38,832 nucleotides of DNA from an uncultured Candidatus Saccharibacteria bacterium (GTDB taxonomy: Bacteria; Patescibacteriota; Doudnabacteria; UBA920), in assembly GCA_964557735.1 (NCBI GenBank), contig CAZLAR010000002.1, positions 1 to 38,832 on the forward strand. The letters run 5' to 3'. This document shows, one piece after another, positions 8,139 through 16,669 of this stretch (positions are counted from its first letter, which is position 1; each line of letters begins with the position of its first letter). Below the pieces are notes generated by a model. That model did no database searches. It saw only the letters and a program-made list of their open reading frames with translations, and had not been told where the DNA came from. The position numbers were made by a program, and so were the translations under genes.

Positions 8139-9011
8139 TTGGAACCCCAACAAATTAAAACTTCAGTGAATATTTCGTACTCAAAAATTTTAACTAAATT
8201 TTCCCTCGCCATGCTCGCTTTGTTTAGCATGGCGTTGTTTGTTGTTCCAGCACCGAAAGAGGCTGAGGCTCAGTCAGGTGCTACTAGAAACACTATCGTT
8301 GTTTGTTTTAATGGTGCTGGTGGCGCAGTTACATTCACTGATAGTATTGCGAACTGCCCAACTGGGACTTATAAGCAGGCTTTAGTCTATCAAAGAGCAG
8401 AAGCTGGTGTATGTGTTTATAAAACCAACAATCCTGATCCTGAAGAACCTACGCATGTTATTAAGGGACCGGGAACATCCAAATATTCTGTTGACGATAA
8501 AGGAAATCGGATAGATAAAGTTTGTAAATCTGATACTGGTACCACGACAGGTACCTTTACGTCGTTCCCTCCTGTAACTACTATAACTCCAATTAACCCT
8601 GGCCCGGGCACTGGCACAAACCCAAACACTAAGCCCCCGGTTACACCCGGTGGCACAATAACTCCAGGTGGCTCATCAACTCCAGACGTCCCCTGTGGCG
8701 ACTCAGATGGCTTCCGCAAATTGGGCCCACTGTGTGTACCTAACAATCCATTTAGCAAAGACTCCATTGCTGGCGGAGACTTAACCGCGACTAGTCTGGC
8801 AATCCGCATTATCCGCATTTTGCTGTACTTCGCTGCCATAGTTTCAGTAATTATGATCATTATTGGTGGTTACTACGTAATGACTGCTCAAGGGAATGAA
8901 TCGCAGGCATCCACAGGCAAGAAGACTTTAATTAACGCCCTGATTGGTTTAGGAATTACCATTCTGGCTTACTTAATTGTGCAGGTGGTTGTTAATTTCA
9001 TCACTAAATAG
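8139..9011 (+). CDS. VirB2/TrbC-like membrane protein, paralog 7
   Basis: The start is uncertain (TTG 8139 or GTG 8166). Signal peptide ends at AEAQS. The ~190-aa ectodomain has 6 Cys and a G/T/P-rich linker. C-terminal module is IGGYYVMTAQGNESQASTGKKTLINALIGLGI. Confidence 0.7.
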   Translation: MEPQQIKTSVNISYSKILTKFSLAMLALFSMALFVVPAPKEAEAQSGATRNTIVVCFNGAGGAVTFTDSIANCPTGTYKQALVYQRAEAGVCVYKTNNPDPEEPTHVIKGPGTSKYSVDDKGNRIDKVCKSDTGTTTGTFTSFPPVTTITPINPGPGTGTNPNTKPPVTPGGTITPGGSSTPDVPCGDSDGFRKLGPLCVPNNPFSKDSIAGGDLTATSLAIRIIRILLYFAAIVSVIMIIIGGYYVMTAQGNESQASTGKKTLINALIGLGITILAYLIVQVVVNFITK

Positions 9012-9060
9012 CAAGCAAAGAGCGCGCTTCACAAGTGCTAAAATATATCGTATAATAAGT

Positions 9061-9084
9061 AACCAGGTTAGCCTGGTTATTTTT
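9061..9084 (+). terminator. Intrinsic terminator closing the pilin-like array
   Basis: AACCAGG, loop TTAG, CCTGGTT, followed by ATTTTT. Confidence 0.75.
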
Positions 9085-9120
9085 ACAAGCGCAAAGCTTT
9101 AGTCAGCAGCGCATTAATAT

Positions 9121-9207
9121 GCCGGAGTGGCGAAATTGGCAGACGCACCAGCCTTAGGAGCTGGCGGGGGCAACCCTGTGGAGGTTCAAGTCCTCTCTCC
9201 GGCACCA
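9121..9207 (+). tRNA. tRNA-Leu (anticodon UAG), CCA encoded
   Basis: Cloverleaf folded by hand. Acceptor GCCGGAG/CTCCGGC; anticodon arm CCAGC-CTTAGGA-GCTGG; long variable arm; T-arm with TTCAAGT loop. Confidence 0.92.
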
Positions 9208-9366
9208 CGAGCCATCTAACTCTCAGCCGTCTTAGCTGAAATAAATTTCAGCTCGGACTACCTTCGAGTTAGTGTCTCTTCCCCCAAACTACTTAACCTC
9301 GTCGTAGTAACGACTCGGCCCAAGCAGTTCGGGGACCCCTAATTCACAATTAATTACAAATTTTAC

Positions 9367-11280
9367 ATGGGCAAGATCATTAAGAATATTATTTTAGTAC
9401 TAATTGGATTTTTAATTATTTCCGTAGTAGTAGCTTCGTTCACAACTAGCAAGGAATCCAAGTCTGTACCACTTTCCGAAATCTCAAGTTTAATTAAAGA
9501 TGATAAAGTAGAGAGCATCGAAGTTACATCTGACTCCATTCAAACGAAATTAAAAGATAGCGACAGTAAATTAAAATCTTCCATTGGCGCGCGCACAGAT
9601 ATTCCAAAATATTTTGTAGACAGCGGCGTACCAGCAGACAAAATTAGCAATATTAAAATTGAATTTAACACTCCTGGCACACTCAGTAATGTTGCTAGTG
9701 CGATTTTACCGTTCCTAATTCCGTTCGTTCTAATCGCGTTGTTTATTTATTTCCTAATGCGCCAAGTGCAAGGCTCTAACAATCGCGCCTTAACATTTGG
9801 ACAGAGCTCTGTTAAATTAAACGACGAGCAAAAAAACAAAGTTCGTTTTGACGATGTTGCTGGTGCTAAAGAAGCCAAAGAAGAACTGTCAGAAATTGTG
9901 CAGTTTTTACGTTTTCCTCAAAAGTTCTTAGCCTTGGGTGCAAAAATTCCTAAGGGTGTGTTGTTGCTCGGCAGTCCAGGTGTAGGTAAAACTATGTTAG
10001 CCCGCGCAGTAGCTGGTGAAGCCAACGTCCCTTTCTTTCATATTTCCGGTTCAGAGTTCGTAGAAATGTTTGTAGGTGTTGGTGCTTCCCGCGTGCGTGA
10101 CTTGTTTAAGAAAGCCAAGCGCAACGCGCCTTGTATTGTATTCATCGACGAAATTGATGCCGTAGGTCGCCAACGCGGTGCCGGCTTAGGCGGTGGACAT
10201 GACGAACGCGAACAAACTTTGAACCAGATCTTAGTAGAGATGGATGGTTTTGAAACAGATACTAACGTAATTGTTGTTGCCGCTACTAACCGCCCAGATG
10301 TTCTTGATCCAGCGCTTCTTCGCCCCGGTCGTTTTGATCGCCAAGTAATTTTAGACTTGCCTGACATTAATGATCGCGAAGCGATTCTAAAAATTCACAG
10401 TAAGAACAAACCGTTTGCGCCAGACGTTAATTTGCGCAAGATTGCCGAACGTACCCCTGGCTTCTCCGGTGCTGACTTGGCAAATTTAGTTAACGAAGGT
10501 GCTATTCTAGCAGCCCGAACAGACAAAAAAGTAATCGATGGCGACGACCTAAAAGAAGCAATCGAAAAAATTGTTGTCGGTCCATCGCGCAAGAGCCACT
10601 TAATGTCTGACTCCGAAAAGAAAGTCACGGCTTACCATGAAGGTGGTCACGCCCTCGTCGGCGCGGTACTTCCTGAGTCCGACCCAGTCCACAAGGTTAC
10701 TATTTTGTCTCGTGGCCGCGCTTTAGGCTACACTATGAAACTTCCACTGGAAGACAAGAACATGAAGACTAAAAAGGCCTTCTTAGATGAGATTGCCGCA
10801 TTAATTGGCGGTTATGCTGCAGAGAAGTTAATCTTTGGTGAACTAACCACTGGTGCAAGTAATGACTTAAAAGTGGCTTCTGGATTAGCTAGAAAGATGG
10901 TTACTCAATACGGCATGAGCGATGCATTCGGTCCAATTGTTTTAGGTGAGGGCCATGAGAATGTGTTCTTAGGTCGCGACATAGGAGAGCAAAAAAATTA
11001 CAGCGAAGATACTGCTCAAAAAATTGATGCTGAAGTTCGTCGCATTATGGCTGAAGGGGAAGCCCGTGCTACTCAAGTGATGACACAATACCGCACTTAC
11101 TTAGATACCATTGCCGACCGGTTACTTAAAGAAGAAACTTTGGAACAAGAAGCCTTTAACGAGATTGTTAAAGACATTGTTCCAGCTAACAAGAAAAAGT
11201 TGCCTGACTTCCAAAATGTTGCTCCAGATAATTCTGCTGATGGCATGGAATTGCCAAGTGATGGTGCTGCTGTTGTATAA
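9367..11280 (+). CDS. ftsH: ATP-dependent zinc metalloprotease FtsH
   Basis: 637 aa. N-terminal TM helices, Walker [12 protein letters not shown] motif [19 protein letters not shown], and zinc site HEGGHA. Confidence 0.96.
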   Translation: MGKIIKNIILVLIGFLIISVVVASFTTSKESKSVPLSEISSLIKDDKVESIEVTSDSIQTKLKDSDSKLKSSIGARTDIPKYFVDSGVPADKISNIKIEFNTPGTLSNVASAILPFLIPFVLIALFIYFLMRQVQGSNNRALTFGQSSVKLNDEQKNKVRFDDVAGAKEAKEELSEIVQFLRFPQKFLALGAKIPKGVLLLGSPGVGKTMLARAVAGEANVPFFHISGSEFVEMFVGVGASRVRDLFKKAKRNAPCIVFIDEIDAVGRQRGAGLGGGHDEREQTLNQILVEMDGFETDTNVIVVAATNRPDVLDPALLRPGRFDRQVILDLPDINDREAILKIHSKNKPFAPDVNLRKIAERTPGFSGADLANLVNEGAILAARTDKKVIDGDDLKEAIEKIVVGPSRKSHLMSDSEKKVTAYHEGGHALVGAVLPESDPVHKVTILSRGRALGYTMKLPLEDKNMKTKKAFLDEIAALIGGYAAEKLIFGELTTGASNDLKVASGLARKMVTQYGMSDAFGPIVLGEGHENVFLGRDIGEQKNYSEDTAQKIDAEVRRIMAEGEARATQVMTQYRTYLDTIADRLLKEETLEQEAFNEIVKDIVPANKKKLPDFQNVAPDNSADGMELPSDGAAVV

Positions 11281-11348
11281 GCACGCGCGGTCTAAACAAA
11301 TGCGGTTCGAAAAACTGAAACATATTGAAATAAACTAAAATTAAAACG

Positions 11349-12239
11349 ATGAGTTACAGAGAGGTTTTGTCCCAAGCCTATAGCTTAACCATCCGAAACC
11401 CGTTATTGTGGTTATTCGGACTAGTTATGCTGGGGGGATTTAACCTCTCTTTAGTTAATGTCTTTAGTTTTGTGCGTGGAAACGAGTTGCACCGCCTGTC
11501 ATGGATGATTGAAGATTCATTCGTTTCCCCGGCAGCATTTTTTATGTTGATGATTGCAGGAGTGGCCGCGTTTTTGCTTTTGAATTTAATTAAAATTATT
11601 TTCATAGTTGTAGTACATAACTTTTTGCATGTTCAGAAAGATGATGAATGCAGTTTGTGTGTGAAAATTACAGAGCAGTCGGAGAATGTAGACAAGCCGT
11701 TGCCATATTTTGCATGGCTCAAACGTGTAATGTTAGCTAGTGCTTTGACGATTGCTCTGACTGCGGGAATCACGCTAGCTGCTAATATGGTTTTGGCAGC
11801 AAGTGGTTACGAAAGCCCTGTGGCAGTGATTATTAACTTGTTATTTGTAGCGGTCATAGCCTGCGTGGTAGGCACTTGGAATATATTTACTAGTTACTTC
11901 GTAGTACTACATGGTTTGAATTTTCAGACGGCATCTGCTGCGGCTGTGGACTTAATTGCCAAACACGCGCGGCGCGTTGCTGAGTTCGTGATTTTAATCT
12001 CTATTATTTACACCGCATCAGTTGTAATAGGCAACGCTTTTATTCAACTTTGGCAGGGCGGTCTGTGGGGTAGAGCAGATTTGCTCGCTAGTCTGTTGTT
12101 TATGATTATTTCGGTGCTGTGGTTGGTCTTGAATAACGCGTTTTTTAATGTCGCCTTTTTAATCTTTTTTGATAAGACTGTGAAGGCAACGCCGGCAGTA
12201 CAAAGACATGGACTTTTGCCAGCAAATAGAGTAAACTAG
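11349..12239 (+). CDS. Polytopic membrane protein of unknown function
   Basis: 296 aa with several hydrophobic helices. No motif recognised. Confidence 0.6.
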   Translation: MSYREVLSQAYSLTIRNPLLWLFGLVMLGGFNLSLVNVFSFVRGNELHRLSWMIEDSFVSPAAFFMLMIAGVAAFLLLNLIKIIFIVVVHNFLHVQKDDECSLCVKITEQSENVDKPLPYFAWLKRVMLASALTIALTAGITLAANMVLAASGYESPVAVIINLLFVAVIACVVGTWNIFTSYFVVLHGLNFQTASAAAVDLIAKHARRVAEFVILISIIYTASVVIGNAFIQLWQGGLWGRADLLASLLFMIISVLWLVLNNAFFNVAFLIFFDKTVKATPAVQRHGLLPANRVN

Positions 12240-12248
12240 TATTGTTTT

Positions 12249-12325
12249 GGGCGGTTAGCTCATTTGGCTAGAGCGCGTCATTGACGTTGACGAGGTGAGA
12301 GGTTCAAATCCTCTACCGCCCACCA
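12249..12325 (+). tRNA. tRNA-Val (anticodon GAC), CCA encoded
   Basis: Acceptor GGGCGGT/ACCGCCC; anticodon arm CGTCA-TTGACGT-TGACG; T-arm AGAGG-TTCAAAT-CCTCT. Confidence 0.92.
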
Positions 12326-12415
12326 TAAATTAACATCAAGAATTGGGAATTAAGAATCAAGCAGTTTTAAAAGCTTCATTCGTGGTTCGTGATTCTTGCC
12401 AGGAAGCGAGAAAAT

Positions 12416-13111
12416 ATGTCAGTAATAAAAAAAGATGATGTTGTTGAATTAATTGGTCAAGCACCAAACAATTTAGATTTATACATCTCCGCGTTTACGC
12501 ACAGGTCTTACCTAAACGAAAATCGGGAATTCACTTTGCCGCACAATGAGCGGCTGGAGTTTTTAGGTGATGCAGTATTGGAATTAATTTCAACTGAGTT
12601 TTTGTATAAGACTTACGATCATCCTGAAGGTGAGTTAACTAACTTTCGTAGCGCGCTTGTAAACTACAAGATGCTGTCGGACATTGCGGCGCGATTAGGA
12701 TTTGAGCAGTACCTATTGATGTCGCGTGGCGAAGCGAAAGACACTGGCCGAGCGCGCCAAGTAATATTAGCGAATTGTATTGAGGCCTTCATTGGCGCGC
12801 TCTACTTAGACCTAGGCTACGACGTAACTGCAGATTTCATCAAGAAAGAAGTTTTAGTAGAGCTTTCGAAAATTATTACAGACGGCACATACATGGACCC
12901 AAAGTCCAAGTTGCAAGAGTTGGTGCAAGAGAAGCACGGCGTTACTCCGACTTATGGTGTAGTTTCGGAAAGCGGACCAGACCATGACAAGGTGTTCGTT
13001 GTAGCTAGCTTCATGGGCACAAAAGAAATTGGTCGCGGCGAAGGACCTAGTAAACAAGAAGGAGAAATTGCTGCTGCTGCTAATGCGCTTGAGAACATGG
13101 GTGTGAAATAG
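12416..13111 (+). CDS. rnc: Ribonuclease III
   Basis: Signature ERLEFLGDAVLE plus a C-terminal dsRBD. ATG 12416 with AGGAAG upstream is preferred over GTG 12389. Confidence 0.93.
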   Translation: MSVIKKDDVVELIGQAPNNLDLYISAFTHRSYLNENREFTLPHNERLEFLGDAVLELISTEFLYKTYDHPEGELTNFRSALVNYKMLSDIAARLGFEQYLLMSRGEAKDTGRARQVILANCIEAFIGALYLDLGYDVTADFIKKEVLVELSKIITDGTYMDPKSKLQELVQEKHGVTPTYGVVSESGPDHDKVFVVASFMGTKEIGRGEGPSKQEGEIAAAANALENMGVK

Positions 13112-13133
13112 TATCAAAAGTGGATAACTCGCG

Positions 13134-13162
13134 TTGACCATGTAAGTAACGGATGTTATATT
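13134..13162 (+). promoter_or_regulatory. Sigma70-like promoter (TTGACC-17-TATATT) in the rnc-smc spacer
   Basis: -35 at 13134-13139 and -10 at 13157-13162, with a 17-nt spacer. Confidence 0.4.
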
Positions 13163-13168
13163 TGAAGC

Positions 13169-13248
13169 ACGAGATTGATCTCCGAGTAACCAAACAAAGA
13201 CAAAGAAACGAAGACGACTTCCTCATAAAGGGGAAGCCGTTTTTGTTT
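13169..13248 (+). ncRNA. Candidate ~80-nt small RNA, or alternatively the rnc 3' UTR and terminator
   Basis: Lies between the predicted promoter and a strong terminator. The terminator is an 11-bp stem at 13214-13240 with one mismatch, loop ATAAA, then TTTTTGTTT. The body is a C/A-rich tract, AACCAAACAAAGACAAAGAAACGAAGA. Confidence 0.35.
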
Positions 13249-13290
13249 AGCTTTATTTTTAGGAAAGTAGTAAAGAACACAGTGTGATTA

Positions 13291-13299
13291 TGTTATAAT
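13291..13299 (+). promoter_or_regulatory. Extended -10 promoter (TGtTATAAT) for smc
   Basis: TATAAT at 13294-13299. The predicted +1 is about 13306, 4 nt before ATG 13310, and there is no SD. Confidence 0.45.
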
Positions 13300-13309
13300 T
13301 ACTGAAGTT

Positions 13310-15943
13310 ATGTATCTGAAACGACTTGAAACACAAGGGTTTAAATCATTCGCCAGAAAAACTGTTTTGGAGTTTGAAACCGGTATAACCGCCATCGTAG
13401 GGCCTAACGGCAGTGGAAAATCCAACACTGCTGATTCTTTGCGTTGGGTCTTGGGCGAGCAGAGTTCTAAATTGATGCGTGGCAAAAAAAGCGAAGATGT
13501 CATTTTCGCTGGCTCTGATAAAAAAGCTCGTGCTGGTTTTGCGGAAGTCATCGCCACATTTGATAATCGCGACCATAAAATTCCGGTAGACTCCGCCGAA
13601 GTTAGCATTGGGCGACGTATTACCCGCAGTGGTGACAGCGAATATTTAATTAATGGCGCTAAGGTTCGCTTGCTCGATATTGTTGACTTGGTTTTGAAGT
13701 CGAACATTGGAACTTCCCGTTACACGGTAATTGGTCAGGGAACAATTGATCAAATGATCTTAGCTGGCCCTTCGGAAATTAAAAATTTAATTGATGAAGC
13801 TTCAGGAGTGAAGACTTATTACATTAAACGCGACCGTACGCTTCGCCGTTTAGAACAAACTGCGCAAAACTTAATGCGCGCAGAAGATTTGTTACGCGAA
13901 CTTGAACCACGCGTGAAGTCTTTGCGCCGCCAAGCGAAAAGAATGGAAGCGCGTGAAGTTATTGAAGTAGATTTAAAAGCTTTCCAAAAAGAATATTTGG
14001 GTTCGCAGTGGTGGACTTTGAAAGAATCCGTCGACGGTTTAGAAAAGCAGTTGAGTGACCTGCACTTGCAACGTGCGCAAGTAGAAAATGTTATGTCGGC
14101 CCACCTCCAAAAGATAGAAGATCACGAAAAAGAAAACGAAAAAGCATTGGGTGAGTACAAAGGCGTGCAGCAAAAGTTGCAGTCTTTGCAGGCGGAAAAA
14201 AATAGTTTGCTCGAACAAGTTAGTTTAATTCGCGGCAAAATGACTAGTCAAAAAACTGGCGCTGGCGACAGCGGCACTTTGCAAATCGACAGCCATACTT
14301 TAGAACAAAAAATTATCGAAATAGAAGCACAACTAAAAGCTAGTACTACTCAGCATGAACAAGCGCTTAAGCAAGCAGTAGACCAGGAACAAGCTTTAGC
14401 CATTGTAAACGCACAATTGACTGAGCTATATACTGCGCTGAGCAACCCAGCCGGCAGCGATTGGGCATCTATAGAAGAGCAAATGGCTGCTTTGGACAAC
14501 ACTTTCAGCCAGTTTGCGCGCATTTTAGAAGACACCGACGACATTGGTCAAATTCGCAATGCCACTGCTGGCGTGCTTCATGCTTGGACTGAATTCAAAA
14601 CTACTGCGAGTGAAGCGGCGAAGCACCCAAACTATAACCGTAAGCTTCAATTACAACTTCAGGAGCTAACAGATCAAAAAGACAAGCTAGCAGGCGACCA
14701 CAACACCCTAACCATGACCGCGTCAAAAGCGGCTATGACTAAAGATTTTTTGGCTGGTCAATTAACAACTTTGCAAAACGAAAAATTGCATATTGATTTG
14801 GAACTAAAAAAAGCTTCTAGTGGTGGCAACCAAGATGATTATGTAAAAGACTTAGTAGCAGAAGAAACTAAAGTCCAGGAAAAAGTTGCAGCTATTACCG
14901 AGCAGATCACCAAGCTCGAAGAACAACTTCAAACTTTCTATAACGCAGAAAGCAATTGGAAGTCTGCGATTTCAGAAGAAGATAAGCGGTTCCGCTCCCA
15001 ACAAACTGAGCTAGACAAAATTCGCGACAACGAAGCTAAGGTGCAAGTTGAGAAAGCAAAGTTTGAAACTCAGTCCGATGCAATTGTCTCAGACATAGTC
15101 GCTCAGCTTGGCAGCGACATCTTACAAAAAATTCAGGAGCATCCAATTAAGAAAGAAACTGAAGGGTTACATGACAAGATCAAGAAGCTACAACACCAGC
15201 TTGGATTAATCGGTGGTGTTGATGAACTAACTATTCAGGAATATCACGAGACAGAAAATCGCTACACAACTTTGGAAGGGCAAGTTACCGATTTACAAAA
15301 AAGCATGAGTGACTTGCGCGCTGTTATGGACGAGTTGGACGAGCACATCAAAGTTAAATTCAACGAAAGCTTCCATAAAGTGAACGCGCAATTTGAACAA
15401 TACTTCCGCGTCCTGTTTAATGGTGGTCGCGCGTATTTGTCGCTTGTGAAGTCTGGTGACGACAAGGCTGAGGCAGTGCTCGACGCAGAAACTGCTGCAG
15501 AAGACGCTAAAGAAGCTGCTGAAGAGAAAGACCAAATGCGCCCCGAAGAAAAGATCGTTGCGAAGTATGAAAAAGGTAGTCTAGCTGTTGCAGGTGTAGA
15601 AATTCGTGCTACTCCGCCAAACAAAAAACTTTCAGCTATTCAATCCCTTTCTGGCGGTGAACGCTCACTTACTTCTATTGCGCTTTTATGTAGTTTGCTG
15701 ACCTGCTTCCCGTCGCCATTCGTCGTGTTAGACGAAGTCGACGCCGCTCTGGACGAAGCAAACACTATCCGCTTTGGTCAAATTTTAGGTAAGCTATCTC
15801 ATCAAACTCAATTCATTACTATTACTCATAACCGCGAGACTATGTCTCAGGCCAACATCATTTACGGGGTAACCATGGGTGACGATGGTATCTCGCAACT
15901 GCTTTCCATAAAGATGGATCAGGCAAAAGCATACGCTAAGTAA
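13310..15943 (+). CDS. smc: SMC-family chromosome partition ATPase, unusually short at 877 aa
   Basis: N-head motifs FKSF and GPNGSGKSN. C-head motif LSGGERSLTSIALL...VLDEVDAALDEAN. The middle is coiled-coil-like, with no canonical hinge motif visible. Confidence 0.88.
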   Translation: MYLKRLETQGFKSFARKTVLEFETGITAIVGPNGSGKSNTADSLRWVLGEQSSKLMRGKKSEDVIFAGSDKKARAGFAEVIATFDNRDHKIPVDSAEVSIGRRITRSGDSEYLINGAKVRLLDIVDLVLKSNIGTSRYTVIGQGTIDQMILAGPSEIKNLIDEASGVKTYYIKRDRTLRRLEQTAQNLMRAEDLLRELEPRVKSLRRQAKRMEAREVIEVDLKAFQKEYLGSQWWTLKESVDGLEKQLSDLHLQRAQVENVMSAHLQKIEDHEKENEKALGEYKGVQQKLQSLQAEKNSLLEQVSLIRGKMTSQKTGAGDSGTLQIDSHTLEQKIIEIEAQLKASTTQHEQALKQAVDQEQALAIVNAQLTELYTALSNPAGSDWASIEEQMAALDNTFSQFARILEDTDDIGQIRNATAGVLHAWTEFKTTASEAAKHPNYNRKLQLQLQELTDQKDKLAGDHNTLTMTASKAAMTKDFLAGQLTTLQNEKLHIDLELKKASSGGNQDDYVKDLVAEETKVQEKVAAITEQITKLEEQLQTFYNAESNWKSAISEEDKRFRSQQTELDKIRDNEAKVQVEKAKFETQSDAIVSDIVAQLGSDILQKIQEHPIKKETEGLHDKIKKLQHQLGLIGGVDELTIQEYHETENRYTTLEGQVTDLQKSMSDLRAVMDELDEHIKVKFNESFHKVNAQFEQYFRVLFNGGRAYLSLVKSGDDKAEAVLDAETAAEDAKEAAEEKDQMRPEEKIVAKYEKGSLAVAGVEIRATPPNKKLSAIQSLSGGERSLTSIALLCSLLTCFPSPFVVLDEVDAALDEANTIRFGQILGKLSHQTQFITITHNRETMSQANIIYGVTMGDDGISQLLSIKMDQAKAYAK

Positions 15944-15953
15944 CTCCTTGACT

Positions 15954-15993
15954 AAAAGGACTTCCAGTGGTAAACTATGGAAGTCCTTTTTTG
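15954..15993 (+). terminator. Intrinsic terminator after smc
   Basis: AAAAGGACTTCCA pairs with TGGAAGTCCTTTT and is followed by a T-run. Confidence 0.8.
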
Positions 15994-16052
15994 TCTTTGA
16001 GACCGTCAAACTCCAGAGATAAAGCAATCAACAATTTAAATTTACTATATAA

Positions 16053-16577
16053 ATGTTAACTATCCGCCTACAACGCGCAGGCAAAAAGAACAAACCGGAA
16101 TACCGAGTAGTTCTTGCAGATAAAACCGCAGCCGCGCAAAAGAAATTTACCGAGATCCTCGGTTCTTACAACCCTCACACAAAAGCTTTGAACATTCGTA
16201 GCCAAGAACGCTTGAATTATTGGATGGACGAACAGCATGTACCACTTTCTGCAACTGTGCAAAATCTTTTTGTCACTAAAGAAATCATTAAGGGCACAAA
16301 GACTAAAGCTTTCACTATTCCTAAAAAGGAAGCCGAATTGGATGCTAGCGCTGAAGAACCAGCCGTTGAAGAAGTTAAAGAAGATGTTGTGCCAGCTGAT
16401 GCTACTGATGCACCCGCTGAATCAGAAGCTCCGGTAGAAGCACCAACTGAAGAAACTCCAGTAGAAGCACCGGCTGCTGAAACAACTCCAGAAGTTGTTG
16501 CAGAAGCTCCTGCCGCTGAGGAGGCCCCAGCCGAGGAAGCCCCAGCCGCTGAAGAATCTCCAAAAGAAGAAGCTTAG
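16053..16577 (+). CDS. rpsP: 30S ribosomal protein S16 with a ~85-aa acidic Pro/Glu/Ala-rich C-terminal extension
   Basis: N-terminus MLTIRLQRAGKKNKPEYRVVLAD is canonical S16. The tail is EEPAVEEVKEDV...APAAEEAPAEEAPAAEESPKEEA. Confidence 0.93.
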   Translation: MLTIRLQRAGKKNKPEYRVVLADKTAAAQKKFTEILGSYNPHTKALNIRSQERLNYWMDEQHVPLSATVQNLFVTKEIIKGTKTKAFTIPKKEAELDASAEEPAVEEVKEDVVPADATDAPAESEAPVEAPTEETPVEAPAAETTPEVVAEAPAAEEAPAEEAPAAEESPKEEA

Positions 16578-16592
16578 GCTATACTGAAAATT

Positions 16593-16617
16593 TCCACCTC
16601 CTAGGTGGATTTTTTTA
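16593..16617 (+). terminator. Intrinsic terminator after rpsP
   Basis: TCCACC, loop TCCTA, GGTGGA, followed by T8. Confidence 0.8.
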
Positions 16618-16669
16618 TTTGCCATTATTTGGTATACTATATACAAGATAAAATCTAAAAGAAATAAAA

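Noticed and set aside
9048-9053. TATAAT just upstream of the 9061 terminator, as a possible tRNA-Leu promoter
   Set aside because: There is no usable -35. A strong terminator hairpin starts 8 nt downstream, so a transcript from here would be terminated before the tRNA.
9317-9344. Similarity between GGCCCAAGCAGTTCGGGGACCCCTAA (9317-9342) and GGACCCAAGGGAAGGCGAACCCCTAA (26907-26932), hinting at a repeat family
   Set aside because: Only about 16 of 26 positions match without gaps. The exact shared part (ACCCCTAA) is short enough to occur by chance in 39 kb, so I did not count it as a repeat.
11111-11338. 75-codon + strand ORF overlapping the ftsH 3' end
   Set aside because: It is an out-of-frame overlap with the conserved FtsH C-terminal region. 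It has no start context and a Leu/Lys-rich low-information product.
13288-13707. 139-codon minus-strand ORF antisense to the smc head, and similar antisense ORFs (e.g. 271-513, 8417-8860, 10038-10367, 15262-15624, 20251-20562, 27692-28036, 32602-32895)
   Set aside because: Each lies entirely inside a well-supported sense gene with clear family motifs. Their products are low-complexity or lack a start context. They are typical shadow ORFs.
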